Assembly: GCA_965261395.1 (NCBI GenBank)
Contig: OZ253462.1
Coordinates: 3,712,001-3,776,000 of the forward strand
Reading direction: 5' to 3'
Source of the DNA: Candidatus Latescibacterota bacterium
Lineage (GTDB): Bacteria > Latescibacterota > UBA2968 > UBA8231
DNA length: 64,000 nt
Below the pieces are notes generated by a model. It searched no databases and was not told the DNA's origin. It saw only the letters and a program-made list of their open reading frames with translations. The translations under genes were made by a program, and so were the position numbers. The number at the start of each line of letters is the position of its first letter. Within the stretch, counting starts at the first letter, position 1. Below, in pieces: positions 48,951 to 56,700 of the stretch.

Positions 48951-49851
48951 GAGTCTCTAACAAACCCTTTTTATGTCGTTTAGGCTGATCTATATTCATT
49001 TGTTCGGTATTGATGCTACTCCCTTGGTATGGAGGTTTGTTCATGGCCCAGCCCGTACTCGACGATGCGTTATGGGAACTCATTGAACCGGTTTTACCCC
49101 CCGATGTAGCCAAGCCCAAAGGCGGTCGGCCCCCGCTGGATAATCGTCGGGTGCTGACCGGCCTGGTCTTTGTGCTCAAGACGGGCATCCCTTGGGAGTA
49201 TTTGCCGCAAGAGTTGGGGTGCGGCTCGGGGATGACCTGCTGGCGTCGGCGGCGGGCTTGGCAGCAAGCCGGGGTCTGGAAGCGCGTCCACCATATTCTG
49301 TTGAACCAACTACGGGCGGCCGACCGGATCGACGGGTCTCGGGCGGTGATCGATAGTGCCTCGGTGCGGGCGGTTGGGGGGGGGCGCACCCCGGTCCCAA
49401 TCCGACCGATCGGGGCAAACCGGGCAGCAAACATCATGTAATCACCGATGCACAGGGGGTCCCGTTGGCCGCCAGCGTGACGGGGGCGCATCGGCATGAT
49501 GTGACGCAGTTGTTGCCGTTGGTGGATCGCATCCCTGCGGTGGCCGGTCGAGTCGGCCGACCGCGTCGTCGCCCCGATCAGGTGCAAGGCGACCGGGCCT
49601 ATGATTCGCAAGCGCATCGGCGCGCCTTGCAAAAGCGGGGCATCGGCGCGGTGTTGGCGCGGCGGGGACAAGCCCACGGCAGCGGCTTGGGCGTCTATCG
49701 GTGGGTGGTGGAACGGACGTTGGCGTGGTTGCATCAGTTTCGGCGGTTACGAGTGCGCTGGGAGCGGCGAGCCGAAATCCATGAGGCCTTCCTCGACATC
49801 GGATGTATACTCATCTGTTGGAACCACCTCAAAGAGTTTTGTTAGGAACTC
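48951..49851 (+). mobile_element. IS5-family element nested in IS4
   Basis: IRs GAGTCTCTAACAAA and TTTGTTAGGAACTC; TAA duplication at 48948-48950 and 49852-49854. Confidence 0.92.
49043..49845 (+). CDS. IS5 transposase, two ORFs probably joined by -1 frameshift at a G9 run
   Basis: OrfA TGIPWEYLP..IDSASVRA; G-run at 49376-49384; the -1 frame reads GPNPTDRGKPGSKHH, GDRAYDS and RWVVERT. Confidence 0.87.
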
Positions 49852-50790
49852 TAAATAGGCAAGTGCCTGTCACATCACTTGTTTGCGTTCGCGCGTATGG
49901 GAGTTGCCGGGTCGTTGCAGCGACAAGGATATCAACGGGATTGATACGCCTTGAAACACCAGCCCTAAGCAGAGCAGATTCAGATCGGTCTGGCCCAACT
50001 GCCAGTGCGTCCGATCCAAAACTAACAGCAGCGGTTGCCCGGCAACGACCAGTTTGTCGACGATTAGTCGGGTAAAAACACTCGGGCAGAGGTCGCTGCT
50101 GAAAAACCGCTGCAATCGACGATACTGGCTGTCGATTTTCGTCAAACCCGGTAACGCACAGGCCAGCTTGCGTAGGTTGACCGAGCGGGTTTGGATCAAG
50201 GTAGGAAGCAGTTTGCATAGCAGGTCGATACGGTGACGAGACATGCCCAGCTTGGCTTGCTCCAAGGCGCGCTTGAATGTATGTATTAACACGGTGCAGC
50301 TCCGGAGATGAGAGTTTTATTTGCTTGCTTGGCAGCGTCAAATAAAACGCAACTCCGGACTGCACTACAACTTACACTACTGTCGTGTACTCAGGGAAGA
50401 AGGTTTCAAAAGGAGCATAGGATGTCAGAGGGATACCGATCGCATCTCCGGTATGGCTGAGGATCTACAATATCTTGGGCAGCCAGTACGCACGCTGATG
50501 GACGAGATTCAACTTACCGGTAGGTCCAGGTACTTTGAGACGCGCGATGAGTGAGGCACTGCAGTATCGTCGGGGTCTATCTGGCACGCCCAGTTTATCC
50601 CGGTGGGGTCCAGACACGGCGGTGGCTATTGCTCATGTAGCATCGACCTCATATATTCCGAGATTGAGACGAGTTCACGGAGATAAGACCTCAGCGTAGC
50701 TCTAGGCTCGACCTTGGTATATCTCGAAAATTAACTGCGCCCGTGGGCGATAGACATGCCATTGCGAAGGCACTAACGGAAGGAGACGAA

Positions 50791-51063
50791 ATGAGCGATA
50801 AAGTCGATCCAATCGAACAAGAGGAGAAGGTGATCACAATAATAGTAAATGGCCGAGCTAGACAAATCACAGTAGATGAACTGTCGTTCGACGAATTGGT
50901 GGATTTGGCGTTCGATGATCCGGCGCGCGGCTCGCAGATTGTGTTTACGATCACATTTCGGAAAGCAGGCGGTCGGATCGAAGATGGCGAACTCGACGAA
51001 GGACAAAGGTTGAAGTTACGGGACGGGACCGTGGTTAATGTTACACGAACTGATCAGTCGTAA
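50791..51063 (+). CDS. Ubiquitin-like (multi-ubiquitin family) protein, single domain, ending TDQS
   Basis: AGGAG RBS; ITIIVNGR..LSFDELVDLAF..FTITF..G.L..GQ.LKLRDG.VVNVT.TDQS beta-grasp pattern. Confidence 0.85.
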   Translation: MSDKVDPIEQEEKVITIIVNGRARQITVDELSFDELVDLAFDDPARGSQIVFTITFRKAGGRIEDGELDEGQRLKLRDGTVVNVTRTDQS

Positions 51064-52243
51064 TCCCGATATACAGAGACTCGTCGGCGACGGCTACGAA
51101 GTAGAAATACGGGCGGGACATCTCGTTCTGCGCCGTATTCCTTATGTGTCAAGCCGGTGCGAGGTACGATATGGGGAGTTAGTCACCCCCATTACAATTA
51201 ATGGATATGAAGTGGGACCTCCACAAGATCACACAGTGTATTTTCGTGGCGAATACCCATGCGATGAAATTGGGAATCATATTGAAGCTATTAGGAATAG
51301 TAGCAATCGCATAGAATTAGCGAATGGCTTGTGGGTAGATCACTATTTTTCCGCAAAGCCTTACGGGAGAGACTACAGGGATTTCCACGACAAGATGACC
51401 CACTATGCTCAGATTTTGGGTCGATATGCTCGGAAGATAGATCCGGGAGCAACAGCACGGTCTGGTCGGCTCACGTTGACAGAAGATCCTAATGACCCCT
51501 TTGTGTACATGGAAACAGCGTCAAGTCGATCTGGAATAGCGAGAATGAATGAGATGCTTGCAAAGGACAAAATCGGGATCGTTGGACTAGGAGGTACCGG
51601 ATCATATATTATGGACTATGTAAGCAAGACACGAGTAGCGGAAATTCATCTGTTCGATGGCGACCAGTTTCAGCAACACAATGCATTTCGTGCGCCTGGA
51701 GCGGCAACCACGGAAGAAATCTCCGATAAGCGGAATAAGGCGGAATTTTACGCAGTAAAATACAGCGTAATGAGAAAGGGAATTGTCGCGCATCCAATAT
51801 ATATACAGCAAAACGATATAGATAAGCTAGTATGTTTGGATTTTGTTTTTGTGTCAATAGATGACAATTCAACAAAGCAGTGGTTGTTGCCCTTACTGGA
51901 GAAGAGGGAGATTCCTTTCATTGATGTAGGAATGGGAATTGAGAAGACTGATGAGAAGCTCTTGGGTATCATACGCACAAGCCTAAGTACACCGACAAAC
52001 GGGCTTTATGCGCCTCAAAAGAAAAAAGCATACGCGGATCTAGGTCAGCACGATGTTGGAGAGTACGAGCGGAATGTACAAATTGTCGAGCTAAACGCGT
52101 TAAATGCCGCCCTTGCTGTTATAAAATGGAAGAAATGGAGAGGCTTTTATCTTGATCTAGAAGGAGAGATACAAAGCACCTATACAGTGGATGGCAATCA
52201 TTTGGTGAACAGTGGTGAAAGGGCAATTGCTCCGATATCATGA
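51038..52243 (+). CDS. E2-like (DUF6791-like) plus ThiF/E1-like adenylyltransferase fusion
   Basis: N-terminal DHTVYF.GEYPC and HYFSAKP; C-terminal IVGLGGTGS, FDGD..QHNAFRAPG, FIDVGMG and EYERNVQIVELNALNA. Confidence 0.87.
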   Translation: MLHELISRNPDIQRLVGDGYEVEIRAGHLVLRRIPYVSSRCEVRYGELVTPITINGYEVGPPQDHTVYFRGEYPCDEIGNHIEAIRNSSNRIELANGLWVDHYFSAKPYGRDYRDFHDKMTHYAQILGRYARKIDPGATARSGRLTLTEDPNDPFVYMETASSRSGIARMNEMLAKDKIGIVGLGGTGSYIMDYVSKTRVAEIHLFDGDQFQQHNAFRAPGAATTEEISDKRNKAEFYAVKYSVMRKGIVAHPIYIQQNDIDKLVCLDFVFVSIDDNSTKQWLLPLLEKREIPFIDVGMGIEKTDEKLLGIIRTSLSTPTNGLYAPQKKKAYADLGQHDVGEYERNVQIVELNALNAALAVIKWKKWRGFYLDLEGEIQSTYTVDGNHLVNSGERAIAPIS

Positions 52244-52671
52244 ACATGCATCATGAATTTGTTGAGTACATACCGGAGGAGATAAGCAACGGGATCTTGT
52301 ATGTCTCGATTCCGTATGGGACCGTGGTTCACAAGTGTGCATGTGGGTGCGGAGAAGAAGTCGTGACACCTTTAGGTCCTGCAGAGTGGAAGTTTACATA
52401 CAATGGTAAAACAATATCTCTGTATCCGTCGGTAGGCAACTGGAGTTTCGCTTGCAGATCACACTACTGGATAAGCGAGAGTGAAGTCCAGTGGGCCAGA
52501 GCATTCTCAATGGAAGAGGTATTGGAAGCCCGGAAGAAGGCGAAACAGCTCCGAAAGCGGATGTACGGCCCGATCTCGGAAGCGAAGAGAGATACTACAC
52601 AGGAGACGACGAGGGAAAATCGTTTCGTTGCGATGGCGGTAAAGTTGTGGAAAAGAATGTGGAAGAGATAG
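52240..52671 (+). CDS. DUF6527-like Cys/His metal-binding protein
   Basis: HKCACGCG..VTPL; LYPSVGNWSFACRSHYWI; ATGA coupling to the E2-E1 gene. Confidence 0.85.
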   Translation: MNMHHEFVEYIPEEISNGILYVSIPYGTVVHKCACGCGEEVVTPLGPAEWKFTYNGKTISLYPSVGNWSFACRSHYWISESEVQWARAFSMEEVLEARKKAKQLRKRMYGPISEAKRDTTQETTRENRFVAMAVKLWKRMWKR

Positions 52672-52703
52672 TTGAGTCGCTGTCGGGTGGTCAAGAGCTA
52701 TAA

Positions 52704-53231
52704 ATGGACGAAATAGATCAGACAAAGGCGGATTCGGTGTCGGACTCTACAGACGAGTTGTGTGACGCGATCACCATCGCACGAGAGCGGTTACGCAAAT
52801 ACGAAGATTATGTAGGTGGAAAGGAGACACGGACCCGTGTGCTCATTATTGACGAGATTCTTAAGGGGCTAGGCTGGGACGTTACGGATCCAAGACTAGT
52901 TAAGATGGAACTTGGAGACAACCGCAGCATAATTGATTACGTTCTAATTGGGGAAGGAGGAGAACACCTCGGGGTGGTGGAGGCCAAGCGGTCAAAGGAC
53001 GTGTTAAGAGACATCGATCGCAGACAAGCCTCGGGATATGCAGTCGAATTAGGTGTGAGCTTTGCAATCTTAACGAATGGATGGCGTTGGGAAGCATGGA
53101 AGGTGGACCAGGCAATAGCTCGAAAGGACGCTATGATTGTGCAGACAAACATCACTACTGGCGACACTATAAATATCGCCGAGAATATGAAGGGTATTCA
53201 CCATTGCTGCCTATTAGCAGGGCAAAGTTAG
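52704..53231 (+). CDS. Stand-alone HsdR_N-like PD-(D/E)xK nuclease
   Basis: ETRTRVLIIDEILKGLGWD, IDYVL, VVEAKR, QASGY (QxxxY) and ILTNG..W. Confidence 0.8.
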   Translation: MDEIDQTKADSVSDSTDELCDAITIARERLRKYEDYVGGKETRTRVLIIDEILKGLGWDVTDPRLVKMELGDNRSIIDYVLIGEGGEHLGVVEAKRSKDVLRDIDRRQASGYAVELGVSFAILTNGWRWEAWKVDQAIARKDAMIVQTNITTGDTINIAENMKGIHHCCLLAGQS

Positions 53232-53270
53232 CGGCGACTTTGGATACACTTGTCGGAGGCTTAAGAGATT

Positions 53271-53708
53271 TTGAGACATCCCCAGAAACGTAGCAAGACG
53301 AAAAGGAAGAGTGCTGTGGCATCGCTAGGTAAGATCAGCGAAGGAACACTCGAACAGATGGCTCAAGACGCCAGATACAGGGCTAGTCCGTACCATAAAT
53401 CCAACCCTGCGGACTGGGGTTTATCCAGACCAAGACCGCGTCCCGACAAGACCGTCTGCGAGGGATCTGGAATCACTTGTTGTTGGGACGCTACCGAGTT
53501 ACTCAAATCCGGCATTCGTCGTGGAATGGTTAGTGAACAAAAACGTGGAGACTGGCCCCAGAATGTATGGGCAGTTGACACCGAAGGCATCGTATATGAG
53601 GCTCAACTTTCTAATCGCGAACTTGGTGAATATCATGGATATCCTATGAAGCATGGCGATAGATTTGCCGAGTTCGTACAGAGCGAATGGGAGAAACGCA
53701 GCCAATGA
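53271..53708 (+). CDS. Hypothetical basic protein, putative nuclease toxin
   Basis: GGAGG upstream; SPYHK, DKTVC, WPQNVWAV, YEAQL and YHGYP; ATGA-coupled to the next gene. Confidence 0.65.
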   Translation: MRHPQKRSKTKRKSAVASLGKISEGTLEQMAQDARYRASPYHKSNPADWGLSRPRPRPDKTVCEGSGITCCWDATELLKSGIRRGMVSEQKRGDWPQNVWAVDTEGIVYEAQLSNRELGEYHGYPMKHGDRFAEFVQSEWEKRSQ

Positions 53709-55030
53709 CTTTACGGATTAAATCGCGATGGCTATGTAAGGCCGATCAAGATTTCGAGTCCACACTGCAGTCGGCTGAGGACGAAGCGACTTTGGGCGAA
53801 CTCGGCATCCACGTTGGTCAGAAATGCCTTACCCAAGCCTTTGACAGCGAAACTAATACACCACGAGATGGTGCGAACCTTTCGGCATATAGATTGGCCG
53901 AATGGATAGCGTGGCATTGGTGGCGCTTGCGCTGGGAGCCTGCACGACAGCGCCGCCGAGACGTGGATTGGAGTAGAGCTCATGATCTAGCCTGTATTGG
54001 GGGCGGATGGCTCTGGCCGAACATCACCATCAAATCAGATGGCGTTCGTATTGTTTTCGACGTAAGGCCGTCCGAAGTAGTGGAGACGGAACAGCTTCGT
54101 TATACTATGGGTGGAATAGCCACCATTCCAGCCCAGACATTCGAGGAAGGTATTGATGATTTTGTTGGGTGTGTCCTGACTCGCCTTAGAGAATGCACTA
54201 TGAATACGGACCTACACTCGATGTGGAGTGAGTTGAGTTCTGAACGGAAGGATCCGGAAATTTCTCTCTATAGAAGGTTTGAAGCCTATTTAGGCTTTGA
54301 CCCAGATGAAGCCCAACCGGAGTTGATTGAACGACTGATCACAGAGGGCAAGAGCATTGGGATAGAAGCCATATCGGAAGTTGTAGCTGACGACCACCAA
54401 AGCGCGTTAGAATTACATGAAGTGGCACAAGATTTTGGGTTTGACACGCGCCTTGGCGATGGTGTGCAAAGCGTCTCGATATCACAGCACAGTGACCGAA
54501 GTCAAGTCCCCGCTTGGCAGGTGGGAGTAGGAGTTGCAAATCGACTGCGCGAGCAGGAACATTTAGGCAATGACGCGATCCCAAATACTAGACTGGCCGA
54601 ATTATGCGGCATCAGTGAACAAATTCTAACTAGGCAAGACTCAACGGGGGATATCGCTTTTGCCTTTACGCTCGACGACGAGAACAAAGAAAAAGGTCGC
54701 ATTGTACTGCGGTCCACTTGGGAACAGGGGCGTCGATTTGCGGTTGCCCGCCTTCTCGCAGATCGTCTTTTGGACGACCACAACGAATTACTTCATCCGG
54801 CGACCCGAACATACACGTACCGTCAAAAAATGCAGCGTGCCTTTGCCGGCGAGTTCCTTTGCCCAATTCATTCTCTGCGGACTTTTTTGAACGATGATTT
54901 TTCGGACGAAAAACAGCAAGACGCCGCCGAGTATTTCAATGTATCGCCACATACCGTTACCGCACGCCTTGTTGATAACGGAGATCTCGATAGAGAAGAA
55001 TTACAAGACCCGGAAGCACAAGTTGCATAA
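53705..55030 (+). CDS. Protein with C-terminal ImmA/IrrE-like domain lacking HExxH
   Basis: RRFAVARLLAD at the HExxH position; QRAFAGEFLCP; AAEYFNVSP HTH tail. Confidence 0.7.
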   Translation: MTLRIKSRWLCKADQDFESTLQSAEDEATLGELGIHVGQKCLTQAFDSETNTPRDGANLSAYRLAEWIAWHWWRLRWEPARQRRRDVDWSRAHDLACIGGGWLWPNITIKSDGVRIVFDVRPSEVVETEQLRYTMGGIATIPAQTFEEGIDDFVGCVLTRLRECTMNTDLHSMWSELSSERKDPEISLYRRFEAYLGFDPDEAQPELIERLITEGKSIGIEAISEVVADDHQSALELHEVAQDFGFDTRLGDGVQSVSISQHSDRSQVPAWQVGVGVANRLREQEHLGNDAIPNTRLAELCGISEQILTRQDSTGDIAFAFTLDDENKEKGRIVLRSTWEQGRRFAVARLLADRLLDDHNELLHPATRTYTYRQKMQRAFAGEFLCPIHSLRTFLNDDFSDEKQQDAAEYFNVSPHTVTARLVDNGDLDREELQDPEAQVA

Positions 55031-55133
55031 GGCTGTAACGTAATGGCCGGGTCCTGTTCCGACCCAAGGATTGAGAGCAGGCGGAGACCCTAGTCCCAAA
55101 CATGAGGCAAAGTTACATTGGAGTCTAAGCAAT

Positions 55134-55346
55134 ATGGACAATGGAAATTATCGAAGCAAGATTGCGGTTGATCCGCAAATTCATTTTGGTAAGCCTTGTG
55201 TTGCAGGAACCCGGATTCCTGTGGTTGACGTTCTCGAATTGGTACGCGAGGGAATCTCGTTTAAGACAATTCTCTCTGATTATTTTTCAGACTTTCAAGA
55301 AGACGACATTCGCGCTTGCATCCATTATGCGATTGGCGCGGCTTAA
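55134..55346 (+). CDS. DUF433 antitoxin (possibly 3'-truncated)
   Basis: VDPQIHFGKPCVAGTRIPV..EDDIRACIHYA. Confidence 0.8.
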   Translation: MDNGNYRSKIAVDPQIHFGKPCVAGTRIPVVDVLELVREGISFKTILSDYFSDFQEDDIRACIHYAIGAA

Positions 55347-55485
55347 TCCCACAAATCTATCTGCGGTTCACAAGGAACTGAAACGCGTTTTAGAAACGTA
55401 CGTCTGAATCAGAACTCAAAGAAGCATTTGTCGTTGTCGAGACGGGACGACATCGTTTTCGCAATATTGCTGGACTTGAGGACTG
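55335..55485 (+). pseudogene. C-terminal remnant of DUF5615-like PIN toxin
   Basis: RLNPTNLSAVHKELKRVLETY, then frameshift, then ELKEAFVVVETGRHRFR. Confidence 0.5.
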
Positions 55486-55521
55486 ACTGAAACCGCCCCG
55501 TGTTACCGAGGAATCGTTGAA

Positions 55522-55613
55522 ATGAAAAGAGCAAGTTTTTTTTGACTCGCTCTTTTTTAGCAACTATTCTGAAACAGGCGGGCGCAACCACAGAAGAATT
55601 TCTTCAAACGTAG
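55522..55613 (+). pseudogene. HicA-like C-terminal remnant
   Basis: LTRSFLATILKQAGATTEEFLQT*. Confidence 0.45.
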
Positions 55614-55623
55614 AACGCCCAAC

Positions 55624-56700
55624 TCAGTACACTCCCACCACGACAGACTCCTGCAGTTCCGTGAGCAGCCGCAAATCTTTAACGCCATCCCAAGGATACG
55701 CCTCAATAGGCGCTGCGCGTTCGGCCTCGTCGCGTTCGAGGAAGCGGGGCATGAAAAATTCCTTGGTCAGGGTGGTGAGCATGACTTGGCCGGTCTCGCC
55801 GTAGCTGACCTTGCGTGAGGGGTCTTTGGGATCGACCAACTCGATGACGGCGCGAGGCTGCGGCGGGTAGTAGGTGATGGCGTACTCGTCGGCCGGGTCA
55901 AAGGGCTTGGGGCAGGCCAGGCCCATCAGGGTGTTGCCGTAGGTGGGGACAAAGGCGAGGCCGGGCACCAACTCCTCGCGGGCGAAGCGGTGGAACTGGG
56001 CGTTCATTTCCGTGCCGCCGCAGAAGATGCCCTTAATGCCGAGCTTGGGCAGCGAGACTTTTTCGCAGAGGGCTTCAAGGAGCCGGGGAGTGGTGAAGAC
56101 GCACTGCACGTTGTCGTGGGCCTTGAGAATTTTGAGCGCCTGATTGACGACGTGGGCCTTGTAGTCTTCCAAGTCGCGCATCTTGCCGGCGCGGATGAGT
56201 TCGTTGACCCAGCGCGGGTCGAGATCCACCAAAAAGCACAAGCCGCCGCGTAGCTGAGCGAGATACTCGATGGCAAGGCGTAGGCGGCGCGGCCCCGAAG
56301 GCCCCAGCATCAGCCAGTCGGCTCCCTTGGGAAAATCCTCCTCGGACAGGCTCTCGCTGTAGAGCGCGTAATCGGTTTGGAAGTCGCGGATGTTGATGCG
56401 GTATTTGGGCAAGCCGGTCGAGCCGCCAGTCTCGAAGACATAGATCGGCTCATCGGCATAGGCTTTGGGCACCCACTGGCGCACTGGGCCGCCGCGCAGC
56501 CACTCGTCCTCAAAGTGGCCGAGCAGGGTCAAGTCGGCGTAGGAGCGAATTTTCTCGCGTGGGTCGAAGTCGAGTTGTTGCGCGTAGGAAAGCCAAAAGG
56601 GGCAGCCGGTCTCGGGGTTGAAGTGCCACTCGACGATGGTACGGACGTGGGCGTCGAGGGCGTCTCGGGCGTCGTCGATTTTGTCTGGTGCAACGCTCAT
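55624..56700 (-). CDS. EhpF-like truncated ANL-family adenylating enzyme
   Basis: WHFNPETGCPFWL..LDFDPR; P-loop ETGGSTGLPK; YGNTLMG; ERD; 358 aa with no small C-terminal subdomain. Confidence 0.78.
   Translation of the reverse strand: MSVAPDKIDDARDALDAHVRTIVEWHFNPETGCPFWLSYAQQLDFDPREKIRSYADLTLLGHFEDEWLRGGPVRQWVPKAYADEPIYVFETGGSTGLPKYRINIRDFQTDYALYSESLSEEDFPKGADWLMLGPSGPRRLRLAIEYLAQLRGGLCFLVDLDPRWVNELIRAGKMRDLEDYKAHVVNQALKILKAHDNVQCVFTTPRLLEALCEKVSLPKLGIKGIFCGGTEMNAQFHRFAREELVPGLAFVPTYGNTLMGLACPKPFDPADEYAITYYPPQPRAVIELVDPKDPSRKVSYGETGQVMLTTLTKEFFMPRFLERDEAERAAPIEAYPWDGVKDLRLLTELQESVVVGVY

Larger units (their letters stand above)
48321..50292 (-). pseudogene. IS4-family transposase (in-frame TGA plus IS5 insertion)
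   Basis: LDRTHW..GNSHTRER, then TGA at 49870; resumes LLADREFIG after the IS5; YGHRWSIETAFGFLKSKGF. Confidence 0.87.
48321..50394 (-). mobile_element. IS4-family element, interrupted by IS5
   Basis: IRs CTAAGTACACGACAGTA and TACTGTCGTGTACTCAG; 9-bp TSD GGAAGAAGG at 48312-48320 and 50395-50403. Confidence 0.92.

Noticed and set aside
48472-49734. 420-aa minus-strand ORF
   Set aside because: Antisense read-through across the IS5/IS4 junction, with no coherent domain.
50412-50790. Regulator or extra gene upstream of the Ubl operon
   Set aside because: Only short ORFs without recognisable motifs; probably degraded sequence.
44336-55626. Island as a prophage, integron or single transposon (short IR TGAGTTTGG/CCCAACTCA at the edges)
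   Set aside because: No integrase, phage genes or attC-like sites are recognisable, and a 9-bp imperfect IR could arise by chance.
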